From NCBI RefSeq assembly GCF_009914755.1, contig NC_060932.1: 64,000 nt of DNA. One strand, written 5' to 3'. The position numbers were made by a program, and so were the translations under genes. Below the pieces are notes generated by a model. It did no database searches and was not told the origin of the DNA. It worked only from the letters and a program-made list of their open reading frames with translations. How positions within the stretch are numbered: position 1 is the stretch's first letter; every line of letters begins with the position of its first letter. Below, piece after piece: positions 51,069 to 64,000 of the stretch. The DNA comes from the human T2T-CHM13v2.0 reference genome, Homo sapiens.

Positions 51069-52087
51069 CTAAAGTAAAAAAGGTTTAATCACAGAAATTA
51101 TAACCAAGACATAATACCGGAGATAATTTGATTCAACATACCCATTTTACAGATGAGAGAATTATGATCTGGGGTTGTGAAGTGACATTTAGTCCCGCAT
51201 CTAGTTTGTTCATTCATTTAATCATTTCATCATCAAATATTTGTTGACCAACTACTAATGATGGATGGTGCTATTGAGTGCCGAGTGTTTGCTAGGCATT
51301 GTGTGTGCTGGAAAGGCAGACACATAGGAAAACAACATTGAATACCTTGAAGGGAACGGTGAGGGTGTGTAACAGGGGGCTGATCTAGTCTCGGGAATCT
51401 GGAAGCCTTCCCTGAGAGGGGGCGTTGAGCTGAGCTCTGAAGAATGAATAGCATTTGAGTAGGATTTATCTAATTGGGGGAATATTTGATGTATACAGAA
51501 CAGCACAAGCCCAGTGTCTGAGGTAGGCATGAGTATTACTTTAAAGAATGGAAAGAAGGCCAACAGTGATGGGGGCATAAAGAATGAAGGAGGTGGAGGT
51601 GGTAGGAAGCAGGGATGGTGAGGGAGGCAGGGTCACGCAGAGCCTGAAAAGGACCTGGTACACTACACAGAGAGAAGTAGGAACTCCGCAAATAATTTGG
51701 GGCAGAGGGAGAGAAAAGAGGGAGGAACTTGGAAGATGACCTAACAAGATTTATGAAAAGATCACTCAGGCTGATTGGTGGTGAATGGGTCATGGAGAGA
51801 CAAGAGGAGAAGCTGGTTTGGAAAGCTGTCTCATGGTCTGGGAAAGGGAAAATAATGTTTTGGACAAAGGTGGTAACAGTGAAGGTGAAGAGAATTCTTT
51901 TGCATAGATGGGACTTAAATGCAAAAAGTCAAGGGAACAACAGAAGTAGGGAAGTTATTCTTGCCATTTTGAACAAATTCATTTGGATTCTGGGCAGAAA
52001 TGTTGGCTGCTGAGGTTCTCTAAAGCACAGTGAATACTCCAACTTATTATACAGAACAGACACTTGCAGAACTCCAGCTAGACCCAC

Positions 52088-52166
52088 CTGTGTTCCAAAG
52101 GGACAAGACACATGCCAGGCCCATGCACAGCTTCATTGAAGGACCACGTGACAGGAAGCCCAGCAT
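52088..52166 (-). CDS. HHLA1: HHLA1 exon 2, start codon and signal peptide MLGFLSRGPSMKLCMGLACVLSLWNT (whole exon 52088-52187)
   Basis: attccag|GTGGGCC...AGC ATG CTG GGC ... ACA G|gtgggt. The 16 coding exons sum to 1596 nt = 531 aa plus stop, matching HHLA1 as I recall it. Confidence 0.93.
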
Positions 52167-54063
52167 GCTTGTGATACTCTGGCCCACCTGGAATGAAGCA
52201 AGCAAACACTTAGGAAACTAAGCACATGGATGCAGACCTTCCTTTGAGAACAGTGCGTGAGGAATCATTAAAATCACAATCTGAAAAAGGCTTTGTACTA
52301 GGTTAGGAGAGGTTAGGAAGCTAAGGTAACAAATTAACTCCACAATTTAATTGGCTTAACAAGAAAAGTTGATTTCTTGTTTGCAGTATATATTCACTGC
52401 ATTTTGGTGGGGAGCTCTGCTCCACATAGTCACTCAGGGACCCCAGTTAATGGAGTTCCACTATCCTATAGTTCTCCATGTGGCAACTGTAGCCTCCTTA
52501 GACTTTGATTCACTGTGGCACTGCAAGGGAGAGAGCTGTGGGATTATGCACCAACTCTTAAGTGCTTTGGCAGGAAGCAACACATTTGCTTTTGCTTGCA
52601 GCCCATACCAAAATTACTTATATGACCCTGCATTATTGCAGGAAAACTGGGAATGTAGAGGGGGATGCATACATATTCAGGGAGCATTTATATTTCTTCC
52701 ATGGATTTTCTGGCTGTTGAGATGGGAAATATCCCTCAAATACAGCATCACTTACTCTCATAAATAGGAAAATATATTACCATAGGAATATGTGTGTTCA
52801 CAGTCTCTTTCCTTCTCTGCAGCACTCTGTGCCTGCCATTCTCATTTTGCATTTGCCATGCAAAATCACCATGATAGTTACAGTTGCAAAGCTGAGACTA
52901 AATTGAATAATGGCTAACATTTATTGAGCACTTTCTGTGTGCCAGATGCCACATAGAACACTATCTGATGCATACTTGATAACTGTACAGTCTTTCTGTG
53001 TAGGTATTAATGTAATGACAATTTAAATACAGGCTGCACAGATACGATTTGAAAAGAGGAGAAATTTACCATTGGTAGAGGGTTGGATTTATCTGGAAGG
53101 TGAATTGGGCGGGAAGAAAAGTCAAGAGAATGTGCGCTTGGATTGGAGAAAAATGTTGCAGGAAGGGAACATCCTCAGGGCAAATTGCATGTTGAGAAGT
53201 TCTGCTGTCCATTAGGAATGGGAAGCCCCTGTGGAATTTTCTTAAAAGATCCCAGAAACATTTAAATAGCTTTTTGATTATTGATAGATATGTGACTGGC
53301 ATTTGTTCTAGATGCCACCCCAAAGAGACAGGTCTTACAAGGAAGCAAGAAGCTGGGGCTTTCGTGGAATTCACCTATTCTCATAAGTCTGGTTACTCTC
53401 TGAATATCAATTTTCCTCATCTGCAAAACAGTTAAGAGAACTCTCACAGGGTCTTTGTGAGGATTTAAAATAATGAATCCAGAGCATTTAACCCAGTGCC
53501 TGGCACATCGTTATGCTCACAATCCATACCAGGCATCAAGCTCAGGCTGGAGACACAGGGACAGAGTAGACACTGCCACTTCCCTTGAGCTGTTTAGTAA
53601 CTTAGAAGATGTAGACACATGCCCAACTAATTCACACTCAAGGCTGGCTGTGCTAAATTCTCCACTGAGAGAGAGATGGACAGGGAGAGAGAGAGTGAGC
53701 ACCTGGTGAAGCCAGGACTTAGCGTTCTCTCCAGCAAAGGGTGACTGGGGGTGGAAGTGAGCAGGCAATTCCTGCTGAGTGAGGATTCTTTCCTTTGGCA
53801 CCTCAAGCACTGCGCAAACATTATCTCCCCTTTCTGAGCCTCGTATGTAGAATGGACAGAGTCATAACTACTTTGAAGGTATTTTTGTGAAGATTAAATG
53901 AGAATGAAATATGGTGCTTAGTACAATCTCTGGAATATGGTAGATATTAGGAATCTTAATTTCTTTCTCATTCTCTTATCTTTCTCTCTTTTCTCCTCTT
54001 TCCCCCTTCTTCTTCTGTATCTATTTCAGAACTCAGCATCATACCAGAGAAATACGGAATTAA

Positions 54064-54507
<444 letters not shown>

Positions 54508-55184
54508 TAAGATTTATTACTCGAAGACTACAATTCCTACTGATACTGTTCTTGGAGAAAAATGCATTTTTACTTCTCCCTGGTTTTTTAATTCTTTGTC
54601 ATTGGCCAAGTCAACTACATGTTTGGATTAAGGTTGTTAGATTTAACAAGTAAAAAACACAGGACACCATTTGAATTTGAGATAACAGTGAATAATATCT
54701 TAGTGTATCTCATGCAATATTTGGAACATCCATAGTTTGGAGAGTTGGAGAGTTTTATAAAGGAACACTTCAGACTGGCTAGACTTCACCTGACAGTAAA
54801 ACTGAGACTATCTGGCCTTACGCTTCCCTTTGCAAGTCTGGACCACTCTGGGACAGTCTAGGACAGGGAGAGAGCCTGGGTTTAAGGTCAGACAGATCTT
54901 ACTTGAATCTTGAGTTGGCCATTGTGATCTGGGCTAACTTACTTAACCTTCACTCAGTCAAAAAGCATTTGTGGAGCTCATGGCATAGTTGTTACAAGCA
55001 CAGACCCTGGAGTTGGAGGACTGCCTAGGTTTATTTCCTGGCTCTGCAGTGCAACTTACTAAACCTCTCTGTGCCTCACCCAAGACTGTCCTGAGGATTA
55101 AAATATGTTACATTTGTAGACTGTAGCGGACAGTGTCTGGCATGGAGCAAGTGCTATATAAATGTATAACAAATAAGTGATAGA

Positions 55185-55228
55185 ATTAAAGTAATGGCGA
55201 AAACCTCAATTACTTCTGCACCAACAAT
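55185..55228. mobile_element. MADE1 (Hsmar1 MITE) half element
   Basis: taatggcgaaaacctcaattacttctgcaccaac. Confidence 0.7.
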
Positions 55229-55498
55229 ATAGTGATAATAATGAAAATAAGAAAAGATGTTGGTACTCCAATAGTAAGCAAGACAGATAATGTTCTTCAT
55301 ATGATAGAGTGAGTCCTCAAAGTTATATCTTTAAAAGACTGAATTAGATATCCAAAATTTTACCGTAAAATTAAGTTGTCATTATTTCACTACATTTCTC
55401 ATGACTATTATTGGATAATTATTTATAAATCTTTGTTTCTTCCGTGACACTTGCAGAAAAGCAAGTCATGTGATGACAGGACAATAATAATTATTTAT

Positions 55499-56444
55499 TG
55501 AAGGGGATCAAAATATGCCAGCCAAAATATACTATCCCCTAATAAGCGACTTTGGGCACATGGATTATTTTGAGTGGAAGGCCATCGAGAATCAACAGAT
55601 GCAGGAAGAAGCCTTCTTGGAGCTTCTCCTACCTGACTATGTGCAGACACTTCTGAGAAATTCTCTCTCCCTGGGAGAGTTTTATGGCCAAGAAGAAAAC
55701 GGAAAGTGGGTGCTGAGTGGGCACACAAACCTCACAAAAATAAACCTTAGCATCCATTGGTTTCCCCATATATTTCCTTCCCACATTATACTGCCTCTAG
55801 AAGCTCAAAGCTCTTTTCCTTTGTCTTGTCACTTCTCCACAAATCGGTCACCTTATTGTTAAAGTGATATATAAGTCCCCAAGTCTGATGGCCCTTTTAG
55901 GGTATTTTTGTTTGTTTTTGCTTGTTTGTTTTGAGACGAAGTCTCGCTCTGTCGCCCAGGCTGGAGTGCAGTGGCACGATCTCGGCATACTGCAACCTCC
56001 GCCTCCTGGGTTCAAGCAACTCTCTGCCTCAGCCTCCCGAGTAGCTGGGATTACAGGTGCCCACCACCAGGCCAGGCCAATTTTTGTATTTTTAGTAGAG
56101 GCAGGGTTTCACCATCTTGGCCAGGCTGGTCTTGAACTCAGTCAAAAAGCATTTGTGGAGCTCATGGCATAGTTGTTACAAGCACAGACCCTGGCGTTGG
56201 AGGACTGCCTAGGTTTACTTCCTGGTCTTGATCTACCAGCCTCGGTCTCCCAAAGTGCTTGGATTGCAGGCGTGAGCCACTGTGCCCAGCTCCCTTTAGG
56301 GTTTCTATTTCATTTTTGTGAGGACTCCTATAAGCATATGAAAAAAACATTTTTCTCCTGTAATCTAACTTTTGTTAGTTTAATTTGCAGGACCTCATAA
56401 ACTAAACCTAAGAGAGTACAGGAAACAGGGGTTTCATCCCCTAG
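55499..56444 (+). mobile_element. MER34/MER39-like ERV1 solo LTR interrupted by an Alu (about 55905-56290, minus strand)
   Basis: tgaaggggatcaaaatatgcca...ggattattttgag; Alu flanked by ccctt(t)taggg. Confidence 0.65.
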
Positions 56445-58007
56445 AGTACAATGTATTGATCCTCCCATTTTGAGCACAGTCTGTTATTTCAACTTCTCAA
56501 GCATCCCATGGGACAGGCATTGATCTTTGAGTTACAGAAGATATAGGCCCAGGGTTCTGACGTGCAGCCCCCAGCTCCCAGTCACATGATTTCTAAGCAG
56601 GAGAACTGGGATTTGAACCATGGTCTCTCAGATACTAAAGTCCCTTGTCCACAGTGTTCTGTTTTACTCACCTGCTTTCAAAATACCATCTTGGAGTGCC
56701 AGTAAAAAGCCTGATATTGAACACAAACAGAATGGCCATTTCAAAGCATTTTGGGAGGTGGAAGGGTTAGAAATCCAGTCACACTCCCGGGAGAAGGGCT
56801 GAGAAGTGTTGCTATGACTGATGGGCCAAGAAGTCACCCAAGAGTCTTGTGAAATTAATTTGCAATATGTCTGTGTGTTTTGTCACAGCAGCCCTGGAGC
56901 CGGGAGTGTGGACGGTGAAGGCAAATGCTCCAGAGTCTTAATTAAACAGTGTGTTACCGCCAATCAACAAGGGTCCCAAATCAACCAAGGTTAGTTCAGC
57001 TTGATGAGCAAACCTGCCTTTCTCACTGAACTCTGCAGCCAAAAGGTGCTGGATCAGATATAGCATAATTACAGTGCGCTGTGGAGAGGTGGAAATACAC
57101 ACTGGAGTGTCAGCGGGTGTGGGCTAGCCACAGTGAGTGACACATGTTCTGAGGCATTACGACGGTCCGTTCAGCCAGTAACCTTCCATATAGATATCAG
57201 CTCTCCCTCCTTGAAGAGAAACCAGAAGCCTGGGGATTCTAGACAGTTTGCCCAAGGTCATTAAGCTGGCAGGGGCAGCCCTGGACTTCAAACTTAGGTA
57301 GTTTGGTTCCATGGGCTGTGAGAGAACACCAAAAGGTGAGGGGCTGGCTTTTAAAAAATACCTAATGACAGAAAAGAATTGAAGATCCTAATATTTGTTG
57401 ACCATCTGATGTGCTAGGAGTTTTACATATAGTAACCCATTGGTCTTTCAAGCAACACTACTAATGGCTTGTTATAATTCTTATTTTATAGCTTTAGGAA
57501 ACCAAGCCTCAGACAAACATAAGGCCCAAGGGAATGCATCTGGGAGAACCAGGATTTGAAGTCCAGTCTGTTTGCTGCCAAAATCCATTGCAGGTTGAAC
57601 ACTGAGTAAGGAAATATAACTTTTTAGCTGTTGCCTCACTGCCAGCCATTTTTTAGCTCACTCTTTTATCCTCATTCCAATGTTTTGGAGGCTTTGGATG
57701 AAAGATTATGTTTCTTTTATCATAGATGTGAGGACAAACCATCCTCCCAGCTGGTGACTGCCTTAAGATTCTAATCAATAGCTTAAAATGAACAACGGCA
57801 AGAAATAGACTGTGATCAAGCGATCAAGGGATGGAGTCTTAGCTAAATGCAATGTAGATATTGGATGATAGAAACTGCTCTCATATCTTTCAGTATCCAG
57901 GAGCCCAGAGCTCAGGATTATAGCAGATGAATTCTTTAGCTGGCTTCATGCTTTGAAGAGGAGGAGGAACCAAAAGAGTTTTAAAATACCTACCATATAC
58001 TACTTAC

Positions 58008-58060
58008 CTATCTTCTGAGCAGGATAAATTGACTTCAAAGAACTTAAACAGCTAGAAAGA
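58008..58060 (-). other. HHLA1: Putative non-coding exon 1 of HHLA1 (5' end approximate)
   Basis: Strong donor ATAG|gtaagt at 58008/58007, about 80 nt downstream of a TATAAA. Confidence 0.7.
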
Positions 58061-58086
58061 TTAACAGCTAGGTCAGAGCCATGGGG

Positions 58087-58092
58087 TTTATA
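58087..58092 (-). promoter_or_regulatory. TATA box of the putative native HHLA1 promoter
   Basis: Minus strand CATATAAACC. Confidence 0.6.
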
Positions 58093-58469
58093 TGAGTTCT
58101 TAGTGAAAGATACAGTGGGTGGGGGTGGGGAAAGTCTTGATAACATTGCTTTAAATCCCCTTGGGAAAAAATGGAATAATAATCCTACCAAAAACTTAGT
58201 GTGGTGAAAGAAGATCAACTCCAAGGGAGAAAAATGCCTGTGCAATGAGCTGAATAGCATCCGTGAACAGAATGACAATGCACTGATTCAGCATGGGATG
58301 GGAAAACCTTTCTGACAGTAATTACGTGTGTTGAAGGAGTAGAACAGGAGTCCCTAGGTGATGAGTTCTGTCTTCCTGTTGCAAAGGTTTGTGGGCCAAG
58401 CATCACCTGGCATGCAGGCCCGTGGGAGTCTTCTGAAGAAAGGGCTGGGGGCTGTAGTTGATTTCAGCA

Positions 58470-58783
58470 GGTGCCTACAGCAGGATACTTGTTTTTATAC
58501 AGCTTGCAACCTCAGGATGGTTATATATTTTTAAAATGATTGAAAAAAATTAAAGAAGAATGATATTTCATAACATGTAAAAACCGTATGAAATTCAAAT
58601 TTCAGTGTCCACAAATAAAATGTTATTGGAACATTGCCGCACTCATTCATTTATGTATTGTCTGTGGCTGTATTTGGGCTACAACGGCATAACTGAGTAG
58701 CTGTGACAGAGACCATATGGCCTACAAAGCTAGAATATTTATTACTATCTGGCCCTTTATAGAAAAAGTTTGCCAACTCCTGG
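58470..58783. mobile_element. MER58 (hAT-Charlie) DNA transposon
   Basis: actcattcatttatgtattgtctgtggctg...ggccctttatagaaaaagtttgccaactcctg. Confidence 0.8.
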
Positions 58784-59973
58784 CCTAGAAGAACTTGGCC
58801 CCTTCTGCTCCTAGGGCCCACATTCAACACTGATGGTTTTTATCTAGACACTGGAGTTGCCATTCGCTTGTCACCTTGCTACTACTCATACTTCCCTAAA
58901 TAAGTCTCCATTATATCAGCCATAGTAATCTTTAAAAGAACCTTATTAAGGTATAATTCACCCTTTTTAAGTATAAAATTCAATGTAAATTTAGTGCAAC
59001 CGTCACTGCATTCTAATTTGAAAACATTTCTATTACCCCAGAAAGATTCTTCCTGCCCATGTATGGTTAACCCCCATTCCCTCTACCCACACCAGGCCAA
59101 GGAAACCACTAATCTACTTTCAATCTCTATATGCTTTTATTTTCTGAACATTTCCTGTCACTGAAATCATGCAATATATAGTCAGAGAAATAGTTTTAAA
59201 ACATGAATCAAGATCATGTCACTACGTTGCCTAAAATCCTTCCATAGCTTTCGTCAGCACCTAGAATAATATCCCAATTCTTTACCCTGGCTACAAAGAC
59301 TCTTGCAGTTGCCCTCTTCCTAAGTCTCTAGCCATATCACATGCGGCCTTTTCCCTTGTTCACAGCCACAGCGACTTTGCACTGGCTGCTCCTTATTGGA
59401 AGCCTCTTCCCCAGGCTTCTCAACGACTGGCTCCTTCCTATTCTTCAGTTATTCTTTCTATTTAAACAAAATCAAAGCCCTCTTGACCTTACATCTCCTA
59501 CAGCTCCTCCTTCATTTCTCTTTCCCTTCATGGCAAAACTCCTCAATGAGTTGTCTCTACGTGATGCCCCAGAGCATCTCCATCTCCTCTCTCTCAAGCC
59601 CACTCCCATCAGGCATGACATCAGCATCCCTCCAGTGCAGCTCTTGTCAAGGCCATGCTGATTCTTACATGGCTAACTCCACTTCTCACTAGGCACTACA
59701 GCACTTGATGCCATTAGCCAATCACTCCCTCCTTGAGACCCTCTCAGCACGTGGCTTCCCCACACCACAGTCTCCTATTTTCCCTCCTATTTCATTAGCT
59801 GCTCCTGCTCAGCCTCCTTTGCTCGTTCCTTCTCATTTCCTTGGCCTATTGATGTTGTAGGGCTTAGTCTTTGATTGTCTTCTCTTTTCTCTCTATACTT
59901 GTTCACTTGGGGATCTCATTCTGTCTCATGGTTTTAAATGTTACCTACAAGTCGTTGAATAGATAGATACAAA

Positions 59974-61484
<1,511 letters not shown>

Positions 61485-63545
61485 CATAAATTTGGGTATG
61501 GATATAGATATAGACAGAGATATCTTCAGCCCTGAACAGTCTCCTTAACTCCATACTTAAATACCTGCTGGATATTTCCACCAAATATTTCATATGCATT
61601 TGAAATTTAACGCATAAAAAACCAAACTCATGTTCTGCTTGCAAAACCTGACTCTTCCCCAATCTACCCTATCTGCATGATACCCTCCCTCATTATGGTA
61701 CTCAAAAAACTTTGCAATAATCCTATTCTCCTCTCATATCTCACATTTACTCCATCAGTAAATTTTGTCATCTCTGCTCTTAAAATGTATCCAGATTTCT
61801 AACATTTCTCACTTCCTCCACTGCTCTCACTTGGGTCCAAGCCTCTCTTGACTCTCATTGAACCAATTACTGCAAATGCAGTATTGCTCCTAACTAATCT
61901 CTTGTTCTCTGCTCTTGCCTCCTTCAGTGTATTCTCAATACAGCAGCCAGAGAAACTCTTTTTAACATAAATCAGATCTTGCTATCTCTCTACTCAAAGC
62001 TTTGCAATGACTTCCTTCTTGATTCAAAGTAAAAACAAATAACCTCATAATGGCCCATGAGGGCCTTCATGGCCTGACCCCTGATACTTCTCAAATCTCC
62101 TCTGTCATTGCTCTTCCTTCTGCTAACTCCCTTGCCCTGCACTGGCCTGAGGTAGACCTACCCAGAACCAGAAGATAAACTGCTGGGAATATTTTCATAT
62201 CTGATGTGGGGACAGGACATGGGACAATTGGACTTTTCTCAGGGGAGACACCTTACATGTCTTCAGTGAGGAGAAATCACTGGGTCCTTGGTCAACTGGA
62301 TGCCCATGCTCATTGTTGGAAGCTGAAATTATCAGAAACAAGAACAAGTTCCCAGAATATCTGGGATGTAAGGCTATGAATGGGCTTTTGCTGCATTTGT
62401 GCAGATGAAGGAAATTTTTAGGCTTTTTCACTGTCATACAGTCACCTGAGGCTTGAAGTGGGTAAGTTTTATTTGGACAGAAATATGCAGTTGCAGAGTG
62501 GGTACACTTACCATAACCACAAAGTTGTCCATACGCCTTTGTGATGCTAGACATGGACTTTGCAGCCAGATTGTTGTGTTCTAGAAGAGCAGTCTACCCT
62601 GGTTCTCAGAGGCTACAGGCAATGTTTCCACAGTGAATTGTGTCCATGAGTGTATCACTTCCAGCTTGCCCAGTGTTAGCCATCTTTGTCCTTTGATTTA
62701 CAGAGTAAATTGTGGCAACCAGGACGGGTTTTTGTTTATTTTTGTGTATGTCTGGTTTTCAAGTAGGCTTATGTGCCAGATGCTGATGGTATCCTGCAAG
62801 TGTCCTTCCTCCCTACTTCTGAGTTCACCTGCAGTTCATAGATAATTCTCAGCATGCTGGCAGCTCTCCACCTTCATTGGCAGTGCTTCTGTTTCTCTAT
62901 CAGAGACTTTTCTTCCCCCTGTTTCATCTCTCCACTCTCTAAGTTGTGTTTTCTGGGAATGCTTTCTGAATAAACCACCTACACTCAACATCTCATCTCT
63001 ATTTTTGTGGACGCCCAAATTAAGACAACTTGTTGTGTGGGCATGGGATGGAGTCAAAAGCTATCACTCACTGAACATTTTCTGTGTCCTAGATCCTTTG
63101 CTAAGTACTCTACTGACATCATTCCAGATAATGACCTTTCAAGATAGGTATAATTGTCCCCATTTTACAGATGCTTACCATAAAAGGGTTAAGTAACCCT
63201 CTCAAGGTTCTTTCTCTCACATGAAGAAACATTCCTTCCCACTGTACTGACAGTAGAGAGAGGAAAACTTATATAAGCTTTACTAATTTCCTCTCCCATC
63301 AACTCACAGTGTTTTTGATTCACTTATTCTTTCTTCAGCCCACGTGGTCTGAGAAGTGAAGTTTCTCCAAAGGAAGTAACCTGAGACTCAGGGGTAGGTG
63401 GTCCTGGTTAAGTTCAAATTGTGACTCTTTCCCTTATTAGTGTTTGACCTTGAGCAGATTTCTTTATGTTTCCGAGCCTCAATTTCCCCATGTATAAAAT
63501 GGGAATTACAATGACTTAAAATTTTAGTGACTGAATAACACTTTA

Positions 63546-63857
<312 letters not shown>

Positions 63858-64000
63858 TTAAACCTGTGTAGTGGCTGGTACCAAGGAGGTGTTCAATTCC
63901 CATTGTGTTGTCTTTGCGGCTATGGGTTTTATTTTGTATTTGATTATTTTCTTCCCCTGGGTCTTTATGCCATCGATTACCTATTTTCTTTCTTTTGTCT

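Overview
Human (primate) genomic DNA that I recognise as the HHLA1-OC90 locus (8q24); both genes lie on the minus strand. I reconstructed the whole HHLA1 gene by hand. It has a putative non-coding exon 1 near 58.0 kb and 16 coding exons (52166 down to 10899) with GT-AG junctions, totalling 1596 nt = 531 aa plus stop. Downstream lie the OC90 promoter, non-coding exon 1 (~6245-6285) and first coding exon (1885-1977). A 5766-bp HERV-H provirus (two 453-bp LTR7, CTAAA target-site duplication, tRNA-His primer site, decayed gag/pro/pol) sits in HHLA1 intron 10 in the sense orientation. The most interesting system is a phase-1 splicing relay. A viral ATG and splice donor are in frame with HHLA1 exon 11, an ATG just past the 3' LTR is also in frame with it, and phase-1 HHLA1 donors are in frame with OC90 through an open 5' UTR. 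The HERV-H/HHLA1/OC90 fusion itself is partly known (PLA2L). Other observations are an apparent third, donor-less copy of a duplicated 60-nt exon, a duplicated mucin-like exon pair with a shifted acceptor, a 90-bp templated insertion inside an Alu, and a fold-back hairpin at an Alu breakpoint. The rest is Alu, L1, L2, MIR, MaLR/ERV LTRs, DNA transposons and simple repeats. Repeat subfamily calls are from memory of consensus sequences, not from a search.
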